Origin: Eledone cirrhosa | Taxonomy: Eukaryota | Assembly: GCA_964016885.1 (NCBI GenBank) | Contig: OZ024741.1 | Span: forward strand, 3,720,001 to 3,784,000 | Reading direction: 5' to 3' | Length of the DNA stretch: 64,000 bases | Part shown: positions 35,420-48,175 of the stretch, piece by piece | How positions within the stretch are numbered: the stretch's first letter is position 1 | Layout: each line of letters opens with the position of its first letter | Program-made: the position numbers and the translations under genes | Notes under the pieces: model-generated | What the model was told of the DNA's origin: nothing | Database searches by the model: none | The model's input: only the letters and a program-made list of their open reading frames with translations

Positions 35420-35451
35420 CGGTTGAACCAAGCTGAGACACAATTGGCCAT
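35420..35451 (-). CDS. LAS1L: LAS1L coding exon 1 (MANCVSAWFN-R)
   Basis: aaaATGG start context, donor gtaagt, 32 nt, phase 2 joins exon 2 in frame; matches the Las1 N-terminal VxAW motif. Confidence 0.85.
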
Positions 35452-36400
35452 TTTGATAAAGTCACTCTATAGATTACACGGTGATCACTGAAAAAAATAC
35501 CTCATCTACATTACGGTTTCTAACTACCCGCTCAATCAATAGACAAACAGTGGATTAAATCGATCTACGTACATATTATTCTTACCAGCGGGATAATACA
35601 AGGATAAATCAACCCCAGCTATATTTGAACCCAGTAAGTAAATAACCGTAATTAGATGCCGTACGATATTTTATCTGTTTCTCTATTAATTCTACCATCC
35701 AAGTATTATTTTTGTTTTGTTTTTAACTAAAACAATATTATATATTTGTTTTTCAATATGTTATTTAGTATATATATTTTTATTATTGGTACGTTGAGTT
35801 TCAGATTCTGTTCGCTTTAGTATGTTAGTTTTGTATTTTATATCGGGATTTAATTTTAGATTCATTCGTTCACCAGATTTAGTTAATACAATCTGAGTAC
35901 TTTTGGACCCCAATAATAATAGGGCGAAGGATGTGGAAAATTGGTAATTTTTCTAGATTTGTCTCTTGATTTTTTTTACAAACCAGAATTAGTCGTTTAG
36001 TTTACATATTGAGACCCCCAACCCATCCTATTTATTTTATAACATATGGGATTCCTACTTATGTACGTTTTTTGCCATGTATAATGTTTTTTAATGTCTT
36101 AAGAAAATTAATTGTCGTAGTAATGCTACCACTTAAAATAATATTTTGCTGGAGATAGATCAGCAAAATTTAATAAGCGGCAGAGTTGGTGGGTGATATA
36201 TTTAATAAAAGTTGTTGGTAAAAAGATTTTTTTTTTTCCATATTTTGAACTCGACATCAAAGTTGTATACAATATTTATCTCCCTTTATCAAGCATGGCT
36301 ACTCTCGAGTGCGAATAAGGGTGTGGTTGGATATTTGCTTAAATTCTTAAAAGCGGGAGGGGGTGGAATAAACGGTGAAGGGGTCAGTAATTGTATAGTG

Positions 36401-36582
36401 CAGGTATGTCAAACATATGGCCCGCGGGACTCATGCGGCCCGCACAAATGTTTTTACAGCGTGAGTATGTTTTATCTTCGTAAAATTAGTTGTAAGTGCG
36501 CAATTAGTTGTCGTGTGAAGCCCTCAGACAGCATATATGTAACTCATGTGGCCCTCGGATGACCCTCAGTTTGACATGCCTG
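36401..36582. mobile_element. hAT MITE
   Basis: TIRs CAGGTATGTCAAAC / GTTTGACATGCCTG; TSD GTATAGTG / CTATAGTG. Confidence 0.85.
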
Positions 36583-36829
36583 CTATAGTGTACGTTATGT
36601 TCTTTTTTTCATATAATTTTTTTTTTTTTTATTTAAAATAAAATTATTATTAGATTCTCCAGCTGCTGTATCGATATGAATCATTTACAATAAAATTTTG
36701 CCTGAGATAGATTAGCAAAATGTAATAAACGGTGGGGGGGGGGGGGGGGGGACATTATTCAAGACCTAAGAGTACGTCAAAAACGGTCGGAAGATAAATG
36801 AGGAATATATGTAGAAAAAAAGAAAAAGG

Positions 36830-37860
36830 GGGGCAATAAGAAAATGGTGGGGAGAAGAGACGTGTTAAATAACACGACAAGGAGCACTGGTGCCTCCCTT
36901 TAATAATTTTTTAGGCAAGCCAACATGCTCGCAGCATTGTTGTCAGTGATAGCGAGGCTAAGAAGCTAGAATAATACTCAAACACCCTCACAGGCATCGC
37001 CTGATACATCAGTAAGGTGAGCCACCAACGATGACAACTTCTTTAAACATCTCTGTTAGAAAGGTGGGCTTGAAAGCAAGGTCAGTAACACCATGCCTAC
37101 GAGGGAGGGAGTGAAGGATGCTTCTCTCTTAATCCCTCGAGGAACCCTGCATTACACTGGCCGAGAGAAGACAGAGAAAAGAGAAGGCGAACAGCCCCTT
37201 TCATAAATTCTCTCAATTTGTCATTGACAGCTTTCTTGTGGCTTGGGGACTGTCCATTGTAAAACACCATGTTGACCTCCAACCTGAGATGAGCAATGGC
37301 TGGAGTGAACTCAAACAAGTTGTTTTAGGGGAGATGTGAGGAGAGGCTGGAGTGAACTCAAGTTGTTTTAGGGGAGATGTGAGGAGAGGCTGGAGTGAAC
37401 TCAAGTTGTTTTAGGGGAGATGTGAGGAGAGGCTGGAGTGAACTCAAGTTGTTTTAGGTGCGATGTGAGGAGAGGCTGGAGTGAACTCAAGTTGTTTTAG
37501 GGGAGATGTGAGGAGAGAGGTTTACACATGAGGTACAGGAAGAGAAACAAGAGCGGATAAGAACTGTCTCTGCCAATCCGAGCTGTTGGATAGGAAAACA
37601 TTCTTCAAGGGATAGCACAGGCAAAACTACTCCGACTTCCTTTTGGAATCCAATTCACGAGATTCACCGTTGATGAGCCCCGGAGGGTGGTGTCATGTCC
37701 TCCACAGGGAGTTGGTCACAGCAACAAGGTTCTTCTCTGGAAAGTATGTCAGGCAGTGTCATGTCCTCCACAGGGAGTTGGTGACAGAAACAAGGTTCTT
37801 CTCTGGAAAGTATGTCAGAGTTGAAGTGACATTGGTTACAAGACTAGTTTGAAAGACTGT
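36830..37860 (-). mobile_element. Degenerate CRE-like non-LTR fragment with an internal 43-bp tandem repeat (37298-37520)
   Basis: GAVRLL...LREKHP resembles the region upstream of CRE-clade RT; heavily decayed. Confidence 0.4.
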
Positions 37861-38515
37861 CAGCTTGAACCTTAGTTAGTAGTAGCTACTGCAGTACAAA
37901 CAACATTTTCTCCTCTAGTCTGTCTCAAGCCAGGAGGCTCGTCAGGCCAATACTTATCCCGGTTTTGTGGTGTGAAGCAACTGAGAGTACAACCCCCCCC
38001 CCCCCCCCCCCCGGATAGGACGCTATTCCATCGCAGAATTAAACCCCAGCTACCGCTAGTACTCATTTTTAGCTGAATATACTGGAGCAAAGTGAAATGA
38101 AGTGTTTTGCTCAAAAAGAGACTTCAAATAAGGACTTGTTCGGATACAGAGAACACAACTGGATAGTGAGTTGATGGTAGCTGGCTGAGAAGGATCAGCA
38201 TTGGAATTCGGATTGAGAAGGTAGTGATTGGGGCAGGCTAGCGGTAGACTGGGTGGGCAGTATTAACTCTGACTGTGGGGTTGCAGTGGAACCAGGCTAG
38301 TTGTAAAGGGGGTGGCGTTACGAACCATAGGATGAACAGCAGTAATTTAATTCGAAAACGATGTTGGAGGGGAACCGACAGTCTTTCAAACTATAATATA
38401 TTCAATTATAATGGGAAATTATAATATTTATGAAAAAATACATACTTTGAGGTGGATAAGAACTTTTCCAGCTTCAACTACGTATGTACTTTCTCCTGAA
38501 TATTATAAGCTTTAT

Positions 38516-40731
38516 ATCATCATCATCATCATCATCATCATCGTTTAACGTCCATTTTCCACGCTAGCATGGGTCTGGACGGGAATTGTCCCACTTGAGG
38601 CAACATTGGTTGTCTTGCTCGTATAGGACTGTCTGGCGGGTTTTCTACAGCTGGATGCCCTTCCTAACACCAACCACGTTTACAGTGTGGACTGGGAGGT
38701 TTTTACCGTGTTGCCTACACGGCCACATTACAGCGTGGACTGTGTGTTTTTTTGTCGTGACACCTACACGACCTCATTTGTTTCGGACTGGATGTTGTGG
38801 TACCAACATAATTTCACATTTAAGAGGGTGTTGTGGATGGGGTGGGGGTAGTGGGATGGGGGTGTATTTTGTTAGAGGTGCCTACTGACTGTAGGTTTCG
38901 CATTGTACTTAGGCAAGGCGGGTCTTCTGTATTACTGTGTAGCGCCAAAGCTCTCGGTCCAGTGACATTGTCTTGGAGAGGTGTAAGTGTGTAAGGTCGG
39001 AATTTATCAAGTCGTCCCAGGGTTTTCTGGGTCTGCCTACTCCGTGGCTACCGTCTATTTTTATCGCCCTGCACTTTTTTATACAGCTGTCGTCTTTCAT
39101 GCGCATCACGTGACCGTACCAACGTAGTCTTCTCTCGAGTAAACAACATCTGATCCCTCTTATTCCTAATTTCTCCCTTAGTTCGTTTATGCTTTGCCGT
39201 TCACGTATATTACTATTACACATCCAGCGGAGCATGCAAGCTTCGTTTCTCTCCAGTCTGCATATATCCTCTGCACACAATGCCCAGGTCTCCCTGCCAT
39301 GTAACATTGCTGTTCGTATGCAGGCATTATACAGCCTGCCTTTCATTTTTAGAGAGAACCCTTTAGCGGCCAATAGTGGTATAAGCACTCTAAACTTTTT
39401 CCATCCCGTTCTGACTTTAGCTACTGTACTTTCAGAGCACCCTCCCCCACTGCTGATTTTGTCACCCAGGTAACGGAAGCTGTCCACTATTTCTATAGAA
39501 CCATCTGTGCAATGGAATGAGCTAGTATTCTGTGGGCACTTGCTGCTACTTATTGCACCAGAGCACCGGCCACATATAAAATCTATATTCTTAGTTAGCT
39601 TACCTGTGATCCCACTACATCTTTTATGCACCCATACTTTGCATTTGGGACATAAAATGGAGTTTCTACCTACTCCTTTCCCTCACACTGATCATGGCCA
39701 TTTCCCAGATGGGACCGGTGCCCTATTTTCCTTCCTACAAACTAGAACTTTAGTCTTAGACAAGTTAACTTTAAGGCCTTTTGATTCTAGGCCATGCTTC
39801 CATGTTTGGAATTTCTTCTCTAGTTCCGCCATTGATTCAGCTATGAGCGTTAGATCATCTGCATATAGGAGTTCCCATGGGCAGCAGGTCTTGAACTCCT
39901 CTGTTATAACCTGAAGGGCAATAATAAATAGTAGGTGGCTAAGGACGGAGCCCTGATGAACACCAACTTTTACGCTAAACTCTTCACTATATTCGTTGTT
40001 AATTCTAACCTTACTGACTGTTTCTTTATACATGGCTTGTATAGCTCTCACAAGCCATTCATCAACACCTAGTTTTTTAAGGGCCCACCAGATAATCGAG
40101 CGGGGTACTCTGTCAAAGGCTTTCTCCAAGTCAACAAAGGCTAAGTATAGGGGTTTACTTTTAGCTAGGTACTTCTCCTGTAGTTGTCGTACAATGAAGA
40201 GAGCGTCTGTTGTACTTTTACCTGACACAAACCCGAACTGCATTTCGTCTAGATAAATTCGCTCTCTGATTAGTTGCGCTATTACTTTTTCTGCGACCTT
40301 CATGACCTGGTCAATTAATTTAATGCCTCTATAGTTTCCCCTATCTAGGGCATCACCTTTACCCTTGTAGCAGTTAATGATGATGCTGCTGCGCCAGTCC
40401 TTCGGAACGACCCCATTCTGTATGACTTGGTTTACTATCCGAGTGACCATAGTGTGTCCCACCGTTCCAGATGCTTTCAGCATTTCAGCAACTATTTCCG
40501 AAGGCCCAGCCGCCTTGCCCGTCTTCATGTCTTTGATGGCCTTACTTATTATACTACCTTCAACTTGCACTGCTGGTCCCTCTATTGGGTCGATGTGGGG
40601 GACACTGTCTTTCTCCCAATTATTCTCCTCATTTAGTAGCCTTTCGTAGTGACACTTCCAAGCTACCTTCTTATCAGCATCAGTGATGGCAAGTACACCA
40701 TCATCATTAAGGACACACTTCTCCCCGACAA
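38516..40731 (-). mobile_element. RTE-clade LINE, 5'-truncated: RT, PHD-like finger, C-terminus and 3' UTR
   Basis: NYRGIKL, FVDLEKAFDRVPR, GVHQGSVLS, LYADD, RRLRWYGH; (TGA)n tail; a single frame with two TGA codons at 39692 and 39683. Confidence 0.95.
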
Positions 40732-40828
40732 TATATATACACACAGAAATATATATACATTTCTGTGTGTGTAATATATATATATATATATACACACACA
40801 GAAATATATATACATTTCTGTGTGTGTA

Positions 40829-40859
<31 letters not shown>

Positions 40860-41404
40860 GAAATATATGGGCATTTCTCTGTTTGTCTGTCTGTCTGTCC
40901 TTCCCTAAAACTCAAATGTAGGTGCTACAGAAATATTACCTTCCCCTTCCTTTCTCCACTTTGGTACTACCAAGAGAAATACTGTCGCTATAGAAACATT
41001 ACCTTCCCCTCTCCACTGACTTTGGTCACTGAGGCCGAGGGAATCGCTGGTTGCTATAGAGACACCTTGCACAAGCCAGAAGTAACCAGTTCGAGGCGGT
41101 TCTGACTTGACACCATGCCAAGGACCATTTGAAGATATATTTCCATCGTTATATCATAACGTTTATGTATCATAACGTTTATATTTCCGTCACTAATCTC
41201 TTTTTCTCCTTTTTCGTTTTAACATATATTTATTTCAAAGATTTCACCGTATAGATAACATATATATTTATACATGCATAAAAGACACACCAAGAGACGG
41301 TGAACATGTGGTGCCGAAAACATTTCTCATCCAAATCTCAACAATATCAGTATATACACTAGATTTGCTAGCAGAAAACCGCCCACCGGGTGGTTTTCTG
41401 CTAG

Positions 41405-42328
41405 TCTATATATATAAAACTGAGGATGTCTGTGTGTGAGTTTGAATCCCTAAAACTCGAGAAGCACCAAACCGACTGTTTTTAAACTTTACACATGTAA
41501 TACTTATGTTTCAGGGAGTGTTCTGAGCAAACGAATTTTCAAATGTTCAATGCCCTAGGGACCGCATTAGGCGATTTAGCGATCTCTCTCTATAATTCTT
41601 AGTCTTTCTCTTTTTAGATAGATACATATATATAACGTCGCGCCCTTATAATGTATGTCTGGCTGTCTGCATTACGTCACTTCCCTAAAGATGTCTGTCT
41701 GTCTGTGTGTGTGTGTGTGTGTGTGTCTGTGCGTTTGAATCCCTAAAACTCGAGAAGTACCCAACCGACTTTTTTCAAACTTTACATGTGTATTACTTAT
41801 GTTTCAGGGAGTGTTATGCACATAAAAAATTCAACTTTTTGATCCCCTAGGGCTCGCATTAGGTGAAAAACTGCGTTTTTTTTCAGGTTTTTAGGGGGTT
41901 TTTTGAGGCGTTACGTCAGACCGATTTCCTTGAAATTGTAACTATGTATTAGTCAGTCTCTTCTTCATACCGTGAGCAAAGAAAATCTAACTTTTTTATG
42001 GCCTAGGGCCCGCATTAGGTGAAAAACGTCATTTTTTCAGCTTTTTAGGGTTTTTTGAGGAGTTACGTCTAGCCGATTTGCCCGAAATTTCAAGGCATAT
42101 TATGCACATAAAAAAAATTCATTTTCTTGATCCCCTAGGGCCCGCATTAGGTGAAAACCTGCATTTTTCCTGCTTCATCGAGGAAAATCTTAGATTATCC
42201 AGCCATCAGAGTATTCGGTTTATTTTCTTTACATATTGTCCAGGCATGCAGTTTTTCCACGATTAGGTCTGTTGGCGGCCCGCGTTCCAAAATACCTTAT
42301 CCCGTGCAACGCCGGGTACCACTGCTAG
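41405..42328 (+). mobile_element. Non-autonomous Helitron-like element
   Basis: 5' TCTATATATATAAAA, internal GTCT/GT microsatellite and duplicated blocks, 3' hairpin CCCGTGCAACGCCGGG then CTAG|T. Confidence 0.75.
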
Positions 42329-42444
42329 TATTTGTATAAAGCTATGCTTGAAGCGGAATCTTATTTCTTATATATATATATATATATATATAAAATAAAA
42401 TAAAATAAATAAGTCAAATGTTTAAAATTTGGCTTCGTTTATTA

Positions 42445-42499
42445 CTGCTATATATATATTTCGGTGACAGCCATCTTTGGCTGTGACCTCTTCGGGCAG
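42445..42499 (-). ncRNA. Hammerhead motif with core mutation (CCGAAGA)
   Basis: Inverted partner of 46334-46386. Confidence 0.55.
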
Positions 42500-45400
42500 T
42501 CCGAATTAGTGTGGTAGAGACGAGTACACATGTTGTTGAGGTGTATAATATTGTCAATACTCTGATATGCCCAGTTCCTGGTCGGGTTGTTATTTCACTG
42601 AGGAACTGGAATCATATGAATTCAAACAAACGAATTTCAGCGTCAAAGGGCCTCTTCTCCTCTCATTGGTCAGTTTTTAGAACATTCCTCAGTCAAAAGT
42701 CTATAGAAATTCGTTCTGAGGCAAGCCAATCTGTAGTTGTTGTTCTTGTTATTGTTAGGTATATCTGACCTCTATTCTTGTGTTGGTAGTGGTGTTATTG
42801 TTGGAGTCAGCTAAAAAAAGTGATAAAGTGGTAGAAGGAATAAGATGGTAAAGGAACAAAATAAAATAAAATAATCGAATAAAATGTGTGTGTGTGTGTT
42901 ATACACATCTCAATGTTATAAAGATTTGTAAGGTCAAACTTCCCATTGGTCAGCTTTGAGAGCATTCCTCAGTCCAAATTCTATAGAAATTCTTTCTGGG
43001 GTGAGGCTCCCTGTAGTGTTTGTGTTTGCTATTGTTAAGTACATCAGACGTCTACCCTTATTTTGGTAGTGATGTTGGTGTTGTGGTCAGCTTATGTCTT
43101 GCTGCTGCTGACAATTTAGAAGTATCTGTGTGTGTGTTTCTTCATCCCTCCTGCCACCATCCTCCGTGGTGGTGGTGGTGGGGTTCTGCCATGTATATGA
43201 AGAAATAGAAGGCAATAAAATGAAGTAAGCAGAAAATAAATAATATATAGAGAATAAATGAAAAATTAATGAAAAGGTAATGAAAAATGAATATGGAACA
43301 TGAAAATGAAAATGAAAAGTGAAAAATAAAATGAAGATTCGAATAAAATAATATAAAATGTGTGTGTGCTATAACCAATCTCAAGGTCAGAAATATGTTG
43401 GATAGATTGATAGGAGGAACAAGATGGTAAAAGAATAAAACGAAATAGGATAATCAAATAAAATGTGTGTGTTATAACCAATCTCAACTTAAATATAAAT
43501 ATAAGGTGATAAAGTGAAGAAAACAAATAACAAATGAATTATGAGAAATCAAAATTGAAATATCAAAAATCAGGTAAATTAAAATGTGTGTGTGTTATAA
43601 AGATGTTGGCCAAATTATAAAGGCTGTGTCAGAATCAATCTGTAGGCTATCATGGTGTCTGCTCAGCCTGGGTTGGTCCCTATGGCTGGAGGGGAGTTCC
43701 CAACCTATGGTGTTGTTACTGCCCATATAGCTTGAGGGAGGTTTGGCCGAGAGGTGTCTACATGTTCTGGAGAAGTCCCTATAGCTTGAGGGGAGTTCAC
43801 ATCTTATTGTGTTGCTACTGTCCATATATCTTGAGGAAGGTCTCGGCCCTGGGGTGTCTGCATGTGCCGAAGAAGTCGGTTCTGAGGTTTATCAGGCCGC
43901 TTCCACCTTTTAGTATCTCAAGGGTTTCGTTCAGACATAGTTTGCATATGCAAGATCCCCCTTTATCGGGTGGTACTTTCCTGATTATGGACCAGGCCAG
44001 AGAGTACGGGGTCCTGTCCAGCTTAAGCTTCCAGATCAGGTCGGAGAGAGCCGTACTTTTCCTTTTGGCCTCCTTATTGAAGGAATGGCGATGGTTATAC
44101 CAGCGGTCTTTAAAGATCGTTGATGTGGCTCCTATGTAGAGGTGTTCGGAGTTGGGGATTTTTAACCCTACAACCGTATACTAGGTTCTTCTTAAGGCAT
44201 TCATTACCAAGGGGGCATGATTCGGGGTTTCTGCAGTTGCAGAGGGTGGTCGACCTCTGCGTGCCTAGATTGAGGTTCCCGTTAGATATGGTGGTCTTCC
44301 CCCAGGCGCGGTGGGGGGTCCCCGGGTCTGTTTGGGTTTCTTGGGTGGGCACTGGGTCCCCCCTTCCCTCCTTTCACATGGTTCTGCTGAGTGCTTGTAT
44401 TGCCATCTTCTGGTTGTGTGTGGTTTTTAAGCCTACTCCTGTTGATGCTAGCTATGTGTTGGGCCAGATTTCTCGTGGTGGAATACGAGAGCTTCACAGT
44501 GTGTCTGTTGAAGATCTTGTGGTATCTATGGTCCCTCGGGAAGCATTTATCAAGTGCTCCAAAGAATGATCGGGCCAAGCTGTTCTTTAGGGCCGCTGAG
44601 TAGGGTGGGTTGTAGCACGTGATTTTTCTGTGTTTCCTCCTATATGTGTGGGTCGGGGGCGTCGTGATTTGTTGGAGATTTGTTGGGTTGCTGGTGGTTC
44701 CCGCATTGTTGCTTTCCCTTTGGGCGCTATACGTTTTGCTATCTTCACGGCCTGAATATGTGGGGTGGTCGTTGCCCGCGCTGGGAGATCTACCGTGGGG
44801 TGGTCCCCGTTCCCCCCTCACGTTTCCTGCAGTTGGGGTCGTCGGGCCCGGGGTGTGAGCATCACCCCTGATACTGCTACTCATATTGGGTTTTAGCCCA
44901 TGGTTAAGCGTACTCGTCACCAACGCCCGTGTGGTGGTGTCGGGTTCATGGTTCATGGTGTATTTGTTTCTGTTCTGCCTGTATTGTTAGGGTTCGCCTC
45001 CCCCCGGTCAACGCGGGTGTGGGTGTCCGTTGAGCCATCCCCATCCCGGCGTTTCGGACTATATGTTATATTTTGTTCATGTGCCGCCATATTTAGAGCT
45101 GCGTTGTAATATTCCGCGTTATTATCGAAGATTTCCTTACTTGCGGACAGGCTGGAGATCCTGTCCGAGACACTCTTCACCACGGCTTTGGTTATGGATC
45201 TAGGGTGGTTTGACTTGGTGTTAACATACACGAGTTTCTCGTTGGGCTTGTGGTAGGGGTAGTATTGTTTGGTGTTCAGGTTTAGGGTGGTGTCTAGGAA
45301 TTTAACTACCTTTCTATTTGGGTCTAGTTCTATACTGAGCCCCTGGTTCTTAAAGAAATGGCGAATACGCCTCCTCATTCCCTCCAACATATTGGTGCTG

Positions 45401-46333
45401 TCGTCATATACTGTGAAGAGAGCATCGTCATGATATAATCCGCCGCCCAGGCAGGGAATTTCATCTTTTATCTGCTTCAGCAGGAAGAGCCCAACCAGGT
45501 CCGTTACCTGTGCTGAGTCGCTGGAGCCCATCGTGATGTCAAAGTTATTTGGCCAATCACTCCTGGTCCAAAGGTCTCCATCGAAACGGATTAAGGTCTT
45601 TCTTGCGGCGTGGATGATGCTCACCTCCTCTCGGGTTAGGTCCGTGTCCACCAGCACCACCACCACGGGGAATGGTGGCAGGGGGGATGAAGAAACACAC
45701 ACACAGATACTTCTAAATTGTCAGCAGCAGCAAGACAAGCTGACCACAACACCAACAACACTACCAAAATAAGGGTAGACGTCTGATGTACTTAACAATA
45801 GCAAACACAAACACTACAGGGAGCCTCACCCCAGAAAGAATTTCTATAGACTTTGGACTGAGGAATGCTCTCAAAACTGACCAATGGGAAGTTTGACCGT
45901 ACAAATCTTTATAACATTGAGATGGGTATAACACACACACACACATTTTATTCGATTATTTTATTTTATTTTGTTCCTTTACCATCTTATTCCTTCTACC
46001 ACTTTATCACTTTTTTTTTTAGCTGACTCCAACAATAACACCACTACCAACACAAGAATAGAGGTCAGATATACCTAACAATAACAAGAACAACAACTAC
46101 AGATTGGCTTGCCTCAGAACGAATTTCTATAGACTTTTGACTGAGGAATGTTCTAACAACTGACCAATGAGAGGAGAAGAGGCCCTATGACGCTGAAATT
46201 CGTTTGTTTGAATTCATATGATTCCAGTTCCTCAGTGAAATAACAACCCAACCAGGAACTGGGCATATCAGAGTATTGACAAAGTTATACACCTCAACAA
46301 CATGTGTACGCGTCTCTACCACACTAATTCGGT

Positions 46334-46386
46334 CTGCCTGAAGAGGTCACAGCCAAAGATGGCTGTCACCGAAATATATATAGCAG
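46334..46386 (+). ncRNA. Minimal type I hammerhead ribozyme
   Basis: CTGC-CTGAAGA-GGTCACAGCCA AAGA TGGCTGTCACC-GAAA-TATATA-TA-GCAG; intact core, palindromic helix III, inside a Penelope terminal arm. Confidence 0.85.
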
Positions 46387-46530
46387 TAATAAACGAAGCC
46401 AAATTTTAAACATTTGACTTATTTATTTTATTTTATTTTACATTACTCCGGAGTAACCAAACCAACTTGCGCACTTCGTCGAGTGCTCCAATCTGCATAC
46501 TGAGGTGTTGGTATACAACCAACATATACT

Positions 46531-46578
<48 letters not shown>

Positions 46579-46581
<3 letters not shown>

Positions 46582-47159
46582 CTACCGGTAACATGTATCC
46601 CAGTACAACCTGTCTCATGGTCGGGTCGTTGGCGAGTAAACTGGCAACCCCACCAAGGTTTCTTGGTGAGGAGGGTGACTTTGGACATCCTGCAGGACTA
46701 AAAGCAAAACCTGTCAAAGGGCAAAGGAGCTCTTAAGAGTCAATGGTCATCCAAAATCACCGGGAGAGATGACCCCTTAACCTTTGTCAAGGCAGAATTC
46801 TAGGAGAAGGAAAACTCTGATATAACACCTGCAACCCTGATGGTATCCAATGATGTTGACTTGTTCTTCTTTTTGGTAAATATCATCTTGGTTAAGAGAG
46901 TGGGACTGGCTTTGTGCAGTGCCTTTGCTCACTATAAAAGCTTCACGGCACAAGCATTGCTTTATATCTGGAGATCTCTCTGCACTTGTCATCACATGGT
47001 AGCATGGGCCCAGCACTGTGTCATTAATTGTCACAAGTGTAGTGTTTGTACCAGAGTTTTCAAGTCGCTGGCTGAACTAAAAAGTCACACTCGTTCAACG
47101 CATCGGTAGGGGTTCACCTACATGGATATAAAGTACTCGAAAACGAGTTGGCAACCACC

Positions 47160-47160
<1 letters not shown>
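46579..47160 (+). mobile_element. Short bipartite RTE derivative (5' UTR joined to 3' zinc finger and tail)
   Basis: RTE-like 5' motif CTAGGAGAAGGAAAACTCTGA, then CSVCTRVFKSLAELKSHTRSTH*; (TA)n on both sides. Confidence 0.6.
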
Positions 47161-47191
<31 letters not shown>

Positions 47192-47304
47192 GGGGGAGGG
47201 GGGGGGGGGGCAAATGAGTATGGCCTATGGTGTACAGACATATGCACGCGCGCGTGTGAAGAATTGTATTTCACGCTTCCCCTGTCCTTTCAACTAGCAA
47301 AAAT

Positions 47305-47449
47305 ACATACATACATAGTATATACGCATGCACACATATAACTCAAAACATCCACATCCACACCTGCACAGACACACATGCATGCAGACATATCTACCTA
47401 GCTGATGTTGTCTAAATTCCAATGAAAGAGTCTCGTGTCTATGTTAGTA

Positions 47450-47536
<87 letters not shown>

Positions 47537-47575
47537 ATTGGTAAAAATTAATAAAATGATAAAACCAGAACATTC
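47305..47575 (+). mobile_element. 3' UTR-only copy of the R4/Dong-like family
   Basis: Matches the 3' UTRs at 49175-49400 and 56020-56243; (CT)n expanded; preceded by ATACATACATAC. Confidence 0.75.
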
Positions 47576-47589
47576 ATAAATAAATATAT

Positions 47590-48123
47590 AATGGCTGCAA
47601 CTCAATTTAGAGTAATGCCATCACTTGATACTTAATCATGAGCACCACGGGCGTGGCTTTTTAGTCCAGCTAGGGACTTGCCTATGGCTAGCAATACCAT
47701 GCATCGCAAAAAATGTCGCATATCAAGCGATGACTGTGCTTGAAGCTTTAAGTAAGGAAAGGCTTTGCACGGAGCCAATCCCACTCTCTGAACATCGAAT
47801 GCATTTGCCCAAAGAGAAGAACTGGTCTACATCATTGGATGCAAATGAAGTCGTAGGTTTTATATCAGAGTGAACTTCTTGTAGATGTCTTAATGAAGAC
47901 TAGGAGTCTCTCGCACCACAAAAGAAAAAGAAAAAAATCTTTATTGGATGGCCATTGATTTCTTCCACTCTTCGACAGGTTTTATTTTTCATCACGCAGG
48001 GTGTCCAATATCACCCTCCTCACCAAACAAGCTTAGCAGGGTTGCCTGTTTAGTCGCCTACGACCCAACCATGCACAGGTTCTACTGGGTAACATGTTAC
48101 CAGTAACGTTGAAGAGCGAGCTG
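47590..48123 (-). mobile_element. Second bipartite RTE derivative
   Basis: 5' part similar to 46579-46750 (GGCAACCC...TTGGTGAGGAGGGTGA..TTGGACA); 3' part encodes KSLAGLKSHARGAHD*. Confidence 0.55.
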
Positions 48124-48175
48124 ACATACATACATACATACATACATACATACATACATACATACATACATACAT

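Larger units (their letters stand above)
42393..46440 (-). mobile_element. Penelope-like element: RT C-terminal half plus GIY-YIG endonuclease, flanked by about 780-bp inverted terminal arms
   Basis: TMGS..A..LVG, GLYHDD, FLD, YHKP, SNHP; CNCR..CPL..CL..NLVY..IGAT..FKDRWYNH..CKLCLNE. Arms 42393-43180 and 45650-46440 are reverse complements; (TA)n nearby on both sides. Confidence 0.93.

Noticed and set aside
35900-36772. Possible larger TA-flanked MITE enclosing the hAT MITE
   Set aside because: Ends resemble the 6308 family but match each other too poorly to call.
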